A DNA stretch of 64,000 nucleotides. Source: a virus. The notes below the pieces were generated by a model. That model did not search any database. It saw only the letters and a program-made list of their open reading frames with translations, and had not been told where the DNA came from. How positions within the stretch are numbered: position 1 is the stretch's first letter; each line of letters starts with the position of its first letter. The position numbers and the translations under genes are program-made. The DNA is taken from IMG/VR virus record IMGVR_UViG_3300042458_002038, positions 9,721 to 73,720 of that record. One strand, 5' to 3'. Below, one piece after another: positions 10,142 through 19,666 of this stretch.

Positions 10142-10279
10142 ACTTTATACGAAATGGTGCAATATTGTATACCATATGATACGTTAAGGTTGCTTAATTA
10201 AACAATCTTGTTACATCAGTTGTTACCGTAGGTTCCCGAAGGGAGTACCGTTGCAATAGAGAAAGAACCATTAGACTGT

Positions 10280-11047
10280 TTATGCCGCAGGTGTTTTAGC
10301 GTCACGAGCAGTCTTCTTTAGTTTGTTTAATATTGCGCTATCGCCTGTAATCATACTAACCAATAGAACAAGAGTATCACCAATGATTTTCTTTTGTTCT
10401 TGAGTTGGAGGATGACCGCCTTCAATAGCTTTCATACCAAGAGCTGCTTTATTTGCATCGCCTGGAGTTAACAATCCAAGGATAGCCAACTGTTTGAATT
10501 TATAATAGTCAACTTCTTCGTCAAGTTGAGTTCCTTCGGTTTCAAACTCTTCGTTTTGCGCAGCATAATAAGCACCTAGTGCCATCTTGATGCGTTCCTT
10601 TTTACTCTTGCCTTCAAAACGTGGATCGGCACTCTTTACAAAATCGCTAATCCATACACCTGCATCATCGTCTGCGCTCAACTTCTCTTCAAGTGTTTCC
10701 TCAGTAACATTCTTCTTTTGTTGAACGGCAATTTTTTGAATACTTTTGATTGCATCGCCCATATGACCATATTCATATACTTGATTGCCGCTAACTACAA
10801 TATAAACATCGTCTTCAAGAATAGCAAACCATACGTCTGCCCACTTGCCAGCACGCATTGGAATACCAAACAAGTTAAGAATATCTTCTTTTGGAACACC
10901 TTTAAAGCCACGCAGGTCATTGCCTGTAGCCGCTTCAAAACCGAGCCCACGCAATGTGGTATTAAGAATCTTCCATGCGGTACCTTCTGTCAAGTTGGCG
11001 TCTTCAACAATGGAAGCTGAATTTAAGATTTGTGATAGTGTTTTCAT
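10280..11047 (-). CDS. hypothetical, probable internal head protein
   Basis: MKTLSQIL leader; multiple L/V-x-E sites; WISDFVKS..PRFEGKSKKERIKMALGAYY. Confidence 0.55.
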   Translation of the reverse strand: MKTLSQILNSASIVEDANLTEGTAWKILNTTLRGLGFEAATGNDLRGFKGVPKEDILNLFGIPMRAGKWADVWFAILEDDVYIVVSGNQVYEYGHMGDAIKSIQKIAVQQKKNVTEETLEEKLSADDDAGVWISDFVKSADPRFEGKSKKERIKMALGAYYAAQNEEFETEGTQLDEEVDYYKFKQLAILGLLTPGDANKAALGMKAIEGGHPPTQEQKKIIGDTLVLLVSMITGDSAILNKLKKTARDAKTPAA

Positions 11048-11727
11048 AAGAGTGTGAATTGTTTTGGGATTGAGATGTAGTTGGTTGTTTTATTGTAAAA
11101 AGCAATAGGATGTTGAGTAGCACCTGGGAGATCTTCAACTTGTAGCCGCAATAGGTTAGAGGTTTGGCCAGCAACCCAGCGGCCATGGTAGGTATCACCT
11201 ACTCTGCACCCGCCATGGCTTTCAACGCAGCGAATCTTAAAGCATTCACCTTCAACAATACCGCCTTCTTCATAGGAGTCTGGTGTATTTGCTTCAATGA
11301 ATGCGTGATACTTTTCTTTAATATCAAGAATGCTAAGGCTTTCAAAGTCGCCTGTGCTTTCAACAAAGGATGTGATCAAGTCATCATACGGACTATTTGT
11401 TGCAAGTTCAACAATACGCTTTTGGCGGGCGGTTTGTAAAGAGGATGTTTCAATGCTTTCAGGCATGACACTGCCAAACTCATTTGTTTCAATTCTACCA
11501 GAGAGCGGATTTTTAAATTTCACAGTATACATTGGGCCTACATCTCCAGCGTGAACACTTTTTTCTTTGTGATCAATCTTAAGGATTTTACCTTTGGCTG
11601 TAACCTCAGGACTTGTAGTTTTACCAGTTGACCAATTGTATGATCCACTGCTAACCGTAACTTTTACGGCGTCACCTACTTTAAGATTTGCAGAAGATTT
11701 AACTTCAGATAATTGATTTTCTTTCAT
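11044..11727 (-). CDS. hypothetical protein (N-terminal KOW/SH3-like)
   Basis: LKVGDAVKV; 4-nt overlaps with neighbours. Confidence 0.5.
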   Translation of the reverse strand: MKENQLSEVKSSANLKVGDAVKVTVSSGSYNWSTGKTTSPEVTAKGKILKIDHKEKSVHAGDVGPMYTVKFKNPLSGRIETNEFGSVMPESIETSSLQTARQKRIVELATNSPYDDLITSFVESTGDFESLSILDIKEKYHAFIEANTPDSYEEGGIVEGECFKIRCVESHGGCRVGDTYHGRWVAGQTSNLLRLQVEDLPGATQHPIAFYNKTTNYISIPKQFTLL

Positions 11728-12560
11728 ATTGTTTGTTCTAAGGTTAGGCGGAGATCCGCAACAAAAATTTTACTTTCATCTAGTGTATGTAGGTTCTTAC
11801 ACACCACATAGTTTGGTTTCTTTTCCAATACCATCAGTTCAGCTTCTCCGGTTTTGACGCTGTATATTACATCGCCTTTGTTGAAAATCTCGCCAGCAAT
11901 ATAGCGCTCGCGATTTTCTGAAATGGGTACAAATTGTACATGCTTGCGAAAGTTGTGGCTTTCTTTAAGTCCCAATCCAACTCGCACTGCATTAAACAAT
12001 TCTTTAACTTCACCAAATGTTTTGGGCACGCCTTTTGCAAAAGCTTCAAGGTCATTGTCTGCAGCGGCTGCTCGCATTTTGCTAGCGCTCATGCCGCTTA
12101 CGCCTTCGCTATCAGGATCGCGTTCTCCAGCACTCTTTACTTCAATGCCATCACGGAATGTATAGTAACCATGGCCAGCTTTAACAGCATCATATTTGTT
12201 TAGCAGCTTGGTGAATTCATCAATACGGTCACTGCCAACAACGAGTGTCAGTTTGGTATATCCAGCTTCATATGCTTTGACCGCAACATCAAATACATTC
12301 TTTACACCTTTATCGGATATAATGCTGCGTCCATATTGTGGAAACATTTTGCGAAGAAACTTGATCTTTTCTTCATAGGCCAATGGATTTTTAAGGTCAT
12401 GGCTTTGAGATGAATAGATTAGAAAGTTTTTACCTTTTGCAATTTTTGAGACCGCATCAAATAATTTTTCATGGCCAATAGTTGGTGGATTGTATCGCCC
12501 AAAGGTAACTACTACGCCATTAGTGCGTTCTTCAGTAAATGACTTAAAGGACTTGATCAT
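11724..12560 (-). CDS. cytidylyltransferase/NMNAT-like HxGH nucleotidyltransferase
   Basis: FGRYNPPTIGH, KNPL, VVGSDR, MSASKMR. Confidence 0.85.
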   Translation of the reverse strand: MIKSFKSFTEERTNGVVVTFGRYNPPTIGHEKLFDAVSKIAKGKNFLIYSSQSHDLKNPLAYEEKIKFLRKMFPQYGRSIISDKGVKNVFDVAVKAYEAGYTKLTLVVGSDRIDEFTKLLNKYDAVKAGHGYYTFRDGIEVKSAGERDPDSEGVSGMSASKMRAAAADNDLEAFAKGVPKTFGEVKELFNAVRVGLGLKESHNFRKHVQFVPISENRERYIAGEIFNKGDVIYSVKTGEAELMVLEKKPNYVVCKNLHTLDESKIFVADLRLTLEQTI

Positions 12561-12568
12561 ATTATGAT

Positions 12569-12796
12569 TTATAGGCTATCATCAACCGCTGTCAATGCGT
12601 CAAATTGTGCTTCAAGAGATTCATCACAAACACAAGGTTCACAATCGCATTCTGCACACTTGTCCTCAACAGCTTCGCCAAGTAGTCCACGGCGCCGCTT
12701 TTTATATTGGTAGGCAATCAATCCGATGGCGTCATCCCAAGACCCTTCGGTCTGGTCAACTACCATCAAGTCACGAAATGAAAACGGTTTACTCAT
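12569..12796 (-). CDS. small Cys-cluster late protein
   Basis: CAECDCEPCVC; TATAAATA at 12804-12811. Confidence 0.5.
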   Translation of the reverse strand: MSKPFSFRDLMVVDQTEGSWDDAIGLIAYQYKKRRRGLLGEAVEDKCAECDCEPCVCDESLEAQFDALTAVDDSL

Positions 12797-12811
12797 AGTA
12801 TTATATTTATA

Positions 12812-13483
12812 TTAGCGTCCTACTGCACCTTTCTGTGCATATTTAAGTTCCATCGCATTGCCAATATATTCTGCTTTGACTTTACTCAGGCCCTTTTTAA
12901 GTTTGCTTTTAACATCTGCTTCGCTGCCACCAATTGCCATCAGGAAACTGTCAACGGTGCCTTCACCAGCATGGAAGCTATAGTCATATGACGTATTGCC
13001 AATCACTTCACTCGGCAATGCTTTCCAGGTTGCTTCATCAACTATAAAACGATACTTTTCGGTAGGACGTACCACACCTACATGAGTGTATGTTTCTTTA
13101 ACTTCATCAATCAATGCATATTTTTCTGGGCTGCTTTGATATGCCGGCAATTCCACCATCTGTTTTGAAAGAGCAAGTAGTGTTTTGCTCTTGGGAGTAA
13201 AGAGATCAAGCATATAACTAAATACCGTAAAACGCAGGTCGTTTGCTTTATAGAATTTCTCCCATTGTTTGTCAATAAACATACCATCTGTACCTCCACC
13301 AGCGCCTTCAGTAGGGTCAATGTATTCAGCAAAGTTACCATACTTGTGGTCGATCTTTTGCGTTTCATACCGCAGCTCAGTTGCATTGATGCTAGATGCT
13401 GTTACCATATCACCAAACTTATGGGCTGTGCCTTCAAGTATAGCTCGTGCTATATTTACCAATGGGTCGTCTTGTATATTCAT
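12812..13483 (-). CDS. hypothetical protein
   Basis: 223-aa ORF translationally coupled to the upstream gene. Confidence 0.55.
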   Translation of the reverse strand: MNIQDDPLVNIARAILEGTAHKFGDMVTASSINATELRYETQKIDHKYGNFAEYIDPTEGAGGGTDGMFIDKQWEKFYKANDLRFTVFSYMLDLFTPKSKTLLALSKQMVELPAYQSSPEKYALIDEVKETYTHVGVVRPTEKYRFIVDEATWKALPSEVIGNTSYDYSFHAGEGTVDSFLMAIGGSEADVKSKLKKGLSKVKAEYIGNAMELKYAQKGAVGR

Positions 13484-14718
13484 TTTTGCCAGCCTTTGAT
13501 TATGTTTGGATCGAAATTGTTTTTACTAAATGTCATGCGGTCGACCAGTTTGACTGCGCCGCCTTTAAGATGGTCAATAGCAACAAAGCCTTCTTGACTG
13601 GTTACGCGGAATCCATCACTTGTTTTGACAAAGGTATTTATCTTTTTAAGGCTGTCAAGCTTTTGTATAATAATCAACTTGGCCTTGACAATAGCATTTT
13701 GTAACTGATACATCAAGTCAAGATTTGCTTTATTGGAAGCATTGAAAAATGCTAGGTAAGCATCTTTGCGCGCGCTTGCCGCAGCCTGACCTTTTTCACT
13801 TTTCTTGCTTGCTACATCAGCATCAAACTTTTTGGTTGCCCATGCAATAAGTCCATTTACATGAGCCTTTGTATCGGTTACGGTTTCTCCTTTGCGAACG
13901 TATGTGTTGTTGTATGTTTCAAGAGTAGTTGCAAATTCAGCATCCTGTTCGATAGCTTTTAGAGTGGTGCTGCTAATCTTTTGAAAGATCTTACCTGCTT
14001 CAGATAGTGCAGCCGTAACTTGTGCCGTATCAGCTGCTGTCAGTGTAGCCTTACCGCTCAGGTCATGGATGGTTGCATCTTGATACCATACACTAGGCAA
14101 CTTTTTAAGAGATCGTGTGTCAACGCCATAACTAGCAGTCATACTCTCAAAACTACTGCCATTGTATGATGTGTGAAATACAATGCCAAGATTTGCCTTC
14201 TTTAGCGTATCAGCCAATTCGCTTTCAGCTGGGACAGCATATGCAATGGTATTGGGTTGAAACACAACATACTTTTCTCCTTCAATACTAACCTTTTTTA
14301 GGTCACCTTTGGTAAACATCAGGTCGCCTTGTATAACATTCTTAATACCGAGTTTCTTTAGTTCGACGTAAGCAACACTCAGTTTGTCAGCAAGTTCGCC
14401 ACTTGTGTCTGCTTTTACATCAGCTATACTTTTATATACCTTTGGGTTCTTATTGAAGATACCTTTCTTAGCTACGAAGAATTGTCCGTCACTTGGATCA
14501 ACGCCACAGAACACGGCCGGAGCACCATCCCATTTGACAGTAACATCAACTGCTCCATTGCTGTTGCCAGCCAACATATCACGCAGGCTGCGCAGTGCAT
14601 TGATTGCATCCCGCGTTCCTTCAACACCTCCGTATAATACAGCATCCTCAAGATGCATAAGATGAACATTTTTACCAGGTGTGGTGGATTCAGACAGATA
14701 TTCTTTAAATGATTTCAT
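13480..14718 (-). CDS. DUF6267-like protein with ligase-type nucleotidyltransferase motifs
   Basis: HLMHLED, VKWDGAPAV, QGDLMF, EGFV, VKLVDRMTFS. Confidence 0.75.
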   Translation of the reverse strand: MKSFKEYLSESTTPGKNVHLMHLEDAVLYGGVEGTRDAINALRSLRDMLAGNSNGAVDVTVKWDGAPAVFCGVDPSDGQFFVAKKGIFNKNPKVYKSIADVKADTSGELADKLSVAYVELKKLGIKNVIQGDLMFTKGDLKKVSIEGEKYVVFQPNTIAYAVPAESELADTLKKANLGIVFHTSYNGSSFESMTASYGVDTRSLKKLPSVWYQDATIHDLSGKATLTAADTAQVTAALSEAGKIFQKISSTTLKAIEQDAEFATTLETYNNTYVRKGETVTDTKAHVNGLIAWATKKFDADVASKKSEKGQAAASARKDAYLAFFNASNKANLDLMYQLQNAIVKAKLIIIQKLDSLKKINTFVKTSDGFRVTSQEGFVAIDHLKGGAVKLVDRMTFSKNNFDPNIIKGWQK

Positions 14719-15365
14719 TGTTTATTTTTAAATTTTCTTCCTTTATAAAAGCCATCCGGTTGAGTTCCTTCGGTAACATATATGCTTAATGTTCCGTCAG
14801 TATACCATTTTAAATTCTTTTCTTTTACAATAGATCTACCAGCCATTGGATTTTTATCTCCGCTAAAGTCACGTTTTTCAGCAATACCTTTTTTAATTGC
14901 TTCTCGTCTAGCAATGGATTCTTCAGCTGTTAAATTTGCCCATGATTCAGTTACGCTTTTTGATACTTTATCACGCCATTTTGGATCGTCATATACGTCA
15001 CGAGATAGCTTTGAATTGCAAAAATGGCCATTCCAATTTCTATTAGTTTTTCGTTCTGATTCCGATAGGGTTGACCAGTATGATTTTAATAATTCAGAAT
15101 TACCACCCATTCCACCTTTATTTAAATTATAAAAGTCTTTAGATTCAACGGCATTATATTTAATAATCCAATAATCTTCAGCCTTGCATAATTCTTCAAA
15201 TGTAAAACATTCTTGCAGTATTTGTCTTTTAAAATTTTCTTTACCGTATTTTTTAATGCTCTGTTTTAGTAATGTACCGCTACCTAAATAATTAGGTGCC
15301 TCGCGTGTGCACATTCCAATATATTTCTTATTGTTAATTACGTTGGTAGTGAGGTATATAAACAT
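14715..15365 (-). CDS. free-standing GIY-YIG (Seg-like) homing endonuclease
   Basis: FIYLTTN...KYIG, YLGSG, KYGKENF, YNL..GG, GDKNPM; AT-rich; own late promoter. Confidence 0.88.
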   Translation of the reverse strand: MFIYLTTNVINNKKYIGMCTREAPNYLGSGTLLKQSIKKYGKENFKRQILQECFTFEELCKAEDYWIIKYNAVESKDFYNLNKGGMGGNSELLKSYWSTLSESERKTNRNWNGHFCNSKLSRDVYDDPKWRDKVSKSVTESWANLTAEESIARREAIKKGIAEKRDFSGDKNPMAGRSIVKEKNLKWYTDGTLSIYVTEGTQPDGFYKGRKFKNKQ

Positions 15366-15373
15366 AATGTTAT

Positions 15374-15433
15374 TTATAATATACCCACATTGAAGACGCT
15401 AGCTTCGGCTATGTGTTGTTTAAATGATAACAT
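15374..15433 (-). pseudogene. 19-codon orphan leader ORF MLSFKQHIAEASVFNVGIL
   Basis: First 21 nt nearly identical to the start of ORF 15435-16742; resembles a displaced gene 5' end. Confidence 0.5.
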
Positions 15434-15434
15434 A

Positions 15435-16742
15435 TTATTCTAATTTGATAAAAGGTGCGCTCAAGTCTGAACTGCTGCTTGCATATTGAATGCATGAAGT
15501 AATAAAATCATCTTCGCGATGACTGCTCTTGACTATATCTATAAGCTGACATCCTAGGAATTTGCTAAAGGCCCAGCTAACACCTTTGGCTTTACATTCT
15601 TCAACGAATGCGTTGTATTGCAACTTTGAAGAGTCCATCGAATAGCGTGTATAATTCTCGTAAAACTCTTTATACGTTTTCTCATCGCTTTCAGCCAATG
15701 CTTTACGTAAAGTTTTGATGTCAATCAGTTGCGGCAATCGAAGGTGACGCAATACAGTTTGAATTGGACCATAGCTAAGTTTACCTTGATTAGCATTCTT
15801 CCCTTTGATTTCGCCTTGGAAAGTTTCAGGAAAGGTACGGAATTGTATTTTGCCATTCTGTGAGAAATACATATAGATATCCTTACCGCTAAAGAATCCT
15901 TTATTGCCAGTTGTAAACTTGTCAAATTCAATGGTATGCTTTTCATCACCAGCATTGTAAGTTGACATCTTGACACCTCCTTTGAGCAGCTTTAGAGATA
16001 CACCAACTATATCACCAGCGCGCATTGCCTCAAGAAGCAATCCATTCAATTCTATAATATTTGTAGCAGCCGCAAGTTTAACCGCAGCACCAGCTGGCGA
16101 TACCATATAGATGTCAGCTGGACTCCATTTGTTGACATTCAAAAATATCTTTTCGGCACTGTTGAGTTTCTTGAATGTTTTTTCAAGTGACTCTACCCAG
16201 TCGCTGCCACGATGGAAAGTATAATTCTTTTTGCTGTATTTTTTATGCAATGCTTCAGCACCAAGAATACAGCTATCACGCCATGCTGGTGATAAACCAT
16301 TCAATATGTTTTCAAATGGTTCATCTACTTTGCAGCTGTTATATGCGCGTTCCAAATCAATAGCGGTATAGTTTTTGCTGCCAGCCCATCGGGCAGCTGC
16401 ATATACGGCTTGTGCACTTTCTGTAGTACGTGTAACATCTGCACCAGCACCTTTGCCGCCTCCTCCACCAAATTCTTTGGTTTTAGCAAAGTCTTTAAGA
16501 GCGTATGTTGCATCATCTTTAGCAGAATGGAAAACAATCTTGCCTGGGTTATTTTTAGCTTTAACGTCAGCTGCAGTCTTTGCGTCATAACGCAATACCA
16601 CTTCGCCACCCGCCGCTAATGTTAATGGTTGACTGTTCTTGTATTTGTCAAGAAACATGTCAACACGCCAATCATATTTGTATAGTTCGGCTGGTGCTAG
16701 GTTTGCACCTTCGGTCAAATAGTGTTGTTTAAATGATATCAT
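15435..16742 (-). CDS. putative PD-(D/E)XK-like nuclease with shared N-terminal module
   Basis: KWSPADIYMV...IVGVSLK; leader MISFKQHYLTE. Confidence 0.55.
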   Translation of the reverse strand: MISFKQHYLTEGANLAPAELYKYDWRVDMFLDKYKNSQPLTLAAGGEVVLRYDAKTAADVKAKNNPGKIVFHSAKDDATYALKDFAKTKEFGGGGGKGAGADVTRTTESAQAVYAAARWAGSKNYTAIDLERAYNSCKVDEPFENILNGLSPAWRDSCILGAEALHKKYSKKNYTFHRGSDWVESLEKTFKKLNSAEKIFLNVNKWSPADIYMVSPAGAAVKLAAATNIIELNGLLLEAMRAGDIVGVSLKLLKGGVKMSTYNAGDEKHTIEFDKFTTGNKGFFSGKDIYMYFSQNGKIQFRTFPETFQGEIKGKNANQGKLSYGPIQTVLRHLRLPQLIDIKTLRKALAESDEKTYKEFYENYTRYSMDSSKLQYNAFVEECKAKGVSWAFSKFLGCQLIDIVKSSHREDDFITSCIQYASSSSDLSAPFIKLE

Positions 16743-17653
16743 TTATATTCAATTCCTTTGCGTCCACCTACTGGACTGATTACAATGCGTGTGCCTTTTA
16801 CGCCAGCATCACTACGATCACCTTTGTATATAGCCATAAGAACCGGATCATATCCATCGCCATCTACGCTATCACCATTATAATGAACGTGATTGGCAGA
16901 CAATTCATAATGCTTACCCTTCTTGACGAGTTTAACTGGTCCTTGCAACAGCATGCTAACATTTTGTTGACCAAGTGTGCCACCGTACTTATTGCCATAT
17001 ACACTAAGCATTTTCAACTTGTCATCTTTAATTTTACGATATAGTGTAGTAGCAGGTGGCAAACCATCAGGATAATCTCTTTTAAGATCGGCTATAAATT
17101 TTTGAGTTTCTTTGTGAGCAAAAATTGTTGGTTCTTTTGCTGAACTTATACCACCCCATTGTTGAAAGTCTTTTGCTTTATTGCCATCTTTATGTGATAG
17201 CCAAACAATCTCTTTGCCGTCAATATCCAATAAGTGAAAGTCGCTCTTAGGAGTTCCTGCAGTACTAGCTGCACCATACACATCATAAGTTTTATTGCCA
17301 ACTTTTATTTTGATTGTAGCAGCGGCAATGTCGCTTTTTGCAGCATCAATTTGTTCTATCAAAGAAGCCAATTCGCGGTCCTCTTTAACAGTTCCGCCGC
17401 CGCTACCACGCCCACCAAATTCTGAATTTTTTGCAATATCCTTTAGCGAATATGTATTGCCTTTGCCATCAAGTAATCGTATAGCGCTTGTGGGCAGTCT
17501 TTTGGTAATGATGTTGATAACGTCTTTAGCTGGTATGAATACCACTTTTTTGCCATTCTCCAATTCAAACGCTTCACTGTTCTTAAGTTTTTTAAGAAAA
17601 ACTTCGGCACGCCAATCGTACTTATATAATTCTTTTCCGGCTAAGTTTGACAT
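16739..17653 (-). CDS. putative PD-(D/E)XK-like nuclease with shared N-terminal module
   Basis: TPKSDFHLL...VWLSHK, FQQWGG; TATAAATA at 17669-17676. Confidence 0.55.
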   Translation of the reverse strand: MSNLAGKELYKYDWRAEVFLKKLKNSEAFELENGKKVVFIPAKDVINIITKRLPTSAIRLLDGKGNTYSLKDIAKNSEFGGRGSGGGTVKEDRELASLIEQIDAAKSDIAAATIKIKVGNKTYDVYGAASTAGTPKSDFHLLDIDGKEIVWLSHKDGNKAKDFQQWGGISSAKEPTIFAHKETQKFIADLKRDYPDGLPPATTLYRKIKDDKLKMLSVYGNKYGGTLGQQNVSMLLQGPVKLVKKGKHYELSANHVHYNGDSVDGDGYDPVLMAIYKGDRSDAGVKGTRIVISPVGGRKGIEYK

Positions 17654-17671
17654 AATGTGAATTATAGTTAT

Positions 17672-18127
17672 TTATACCAAAGGGTATTTGGATATAAATG
17701 CGGCTGATAAAGCTGGCTCTAAAGTGTTTGCTTCTATTTCCCACGGGCATTCTTCATAGTCGGTATTGTCAGCATAATTTTTACCTTTCCATCGCGCACA
17801 ATATCCTGAATATAACATCCTCAATTCTCCACGAGAAAACTGTTTGATATGAATCATTTCATGTGCAAGAGTGCGTATTAGAGTATCAGTATCATTATCA
17901 TTATAGTCTAGACGAATTGTATAATAATCATTGTGCTGTGACGCATCCAAATCATAGCATTCACCGTATGTATTTTCATTAGCCAACATACCCTTGACCA
18001 ATTTTATACGTATTTCGATGTTACGCTTACGCGGAATCAACGCCTTCAAAAAGAAAACGGCTGCAGCACCAATGCGACGTTTTAATCGCTTATCTGCGCC
18101 GCAGCCGTATATACTAAATTTAATCAC
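17672..18127 (-). CDS. zincin-like metallopeptidase
   Basis: TLAHEMIHIKQ...PWEIEA. Confidence 0.75.
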   Translation of the reverse strand: MIKFSIYGCGADKRLKRRIGAAAVFFLKALIPRKRNIEIRIKLVKGMLANENTYGECYDLDASQHNDYYTIRLDYNDNDTDTLIRTLAHEMIHIKQFSRGELRMLYSGYCARWKGKNYADNTDYEECPWEIEANTLEPALSAAFISKYPLV

Positions 18128-18133
18128 TGAGGG

Positions 18134-19666
18134 TCAAGCATATGATTCAATCATTCGTGACAGTTCGGCATCACTAATTTCAACGCCACTTGCAATAGCA
18201 CCAGCACTCATGTTTAGGCCGCGTGATAATTTACGAAGGTTAGCACTTTGTTTGCTCTTGCCTTTGCGCAACAGGTCAACAACATGCTTACGTGCTTTAT
18301 CATCCAGCTGAAGACCATCCTCAAGAGTAATCTTACCAACAATTTTATCCATGAAATCATAAATTTCAGCTTCAGTTGGATCAATATTGATAATGAACGC
18401 ACGAGTACGCAGCGCGCCATCAGGATCAAGTTTGTTTAATGGAAGGTTACTAATAAAAATAACTTTACCTGTAAATTCAAAATAACGCGGAATCAAGCCT
18501 GCATCAAGAATTTCTTCATCGGTCATGTCATCAGGATCAGCAACATTTTTACCCATTTTGTTCCACACCAACTTACGAATCTTCTTGGTATCGGTAGCGG
18601 CCTTCAACAAGTTGCGTGCTTCTTGATCACCCAATGCATCGTCGGAATCATCAAAGAAGATGATCTTATCCTTATAGCGGAACAGCAATGAGTATAAACC
18701 AGCAGCGCTCGCACTACCAGTATTTTTAAAGTAACCAGCGCCATCGCGCAATCCAAGGTTACTAAGGATTTGTTCGGTTGTATGTGTTTTACCAACGCCA
18801 CCTTTACCACTGACAAACAATGCATTGGCAGCACCGCTAACAGTCATTTTAACTAGATTCTCTAGGTCGACCAATTGAGCTTCAAAGGTGAGGCGCTCTT
18901 GATCGCTTTCAAGAGCGTTGATCTCTTGAGATATAACATACTTTTCTTTAGCAGAGCCACGCGTTACCTTTGCTTCAACACTGCCAGTTGCATCAAGCAG
19001 CGCACCTTGTTCTTTGCGAATCTTTTCGATGTCCTTTGCTTTACCAGCCCATGTGAACTTTGTGCCAGTCTTGACAAACAGCGATGGGTATGAGGTTTCA
19101 AGCTGATCAAAAATCTTCTGACCAGCACTCTTGTGTTTGGTATATACCTTGCCTTTTGCGAAGGAAGGTTCGGTAACCATATCCAAGATATCATTAAGAA
19201 TATCTACTGGGCTAGCGGCTTCAGCTAAAAAATCATAATTAAAATCTTCGTTGAGTGGCACATCATCAGGCATGGTACGAATCTTGCCCAGCTCAATGCT
19301 GTTGTTTTTAAGTGCATCTGCAATGAGTGGCAATACTTTAACAACGCTTACAGTCTGATCAAATTCAATATGGAAAGGTGCTGGTGTTTTACCATTCCAA
19401 AAATCAATGCTTGCAAGATTTGAATAGCCAGCTTGACTAGTGCTTTTCCAGTTGAAACGCAATGACATATTCTTTTTGCTAGAATAGAAACGCAAACCAA
19501 AGCCTGCTCCATCAGCGTTCTTAAATGCTTCAAGGCCAGGATAACGAAACAGGATTACACCAGTTTTCTTCTTTAGATATTTAGCAATTAGGAATGCTGA
19601 TTTATCGACTGACGAGGTTGACATGGCCTCAGCCAAATAACTTTTAAAACTTACTACGTTTGACAT
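18134..19666 (-). CDS. P-loop AAA-type ATPase (late)
   Basis: GKGGVGKT, IIFFDDSD, VIFISN; TATAAATA at 19673-19680. Confidence 0.8.
   Translation of the reverse strand: MSNVVSFKSYLAEAMSTSSVDKSAFLIAKYLKKKTGVILFRYPGLEAFKNADGAGFGLRFYSSKKNMSLRFNWKSTSQAGYSNLASIDFWNGKTPAPFHIEFDQTVSVVKVLPLIADALKNNSIELGKIRTMPDDVPLNEDFNYDFLAEAASPVDILNDILDMVTEPSFAKGKVYTKHKSAGQKIFDQLETSYPSLFVKTGTKFTWAGKAKDIEKIRKEQGALLDATGSVEAKVTRGSAKEKYVISQEINALESDQERLTFEAQLVDLENLVKMTVSGAANALFVSGKGGVGKTHTTEQILSNLGLRDGAGYFKNTGSASAAGLYSLLFRYKDKIIFFDDSDDALGDQEARNLLKAATDTKKIRKLVWNKMGKNVADPDDMTDEEILDAGLIPRYFEFTGKVIFISNLPLNKLDPDGALRTRAFIINIDPTEAEIYDFMDKIVGKITLEDGLQLDDKARKHVVDLLRKGKSKQSANLRKLSRGLNMSAGAIASGVEISDAELSRMIESYA

Noticed and set aside
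11724-12560. Complete known NAD-reconstitution pathway
   Set aside because: No Nampt or PRPP-synthetase-like partner is visible. The idea is kept only as a hypothesis in the ligase-like pair finding.
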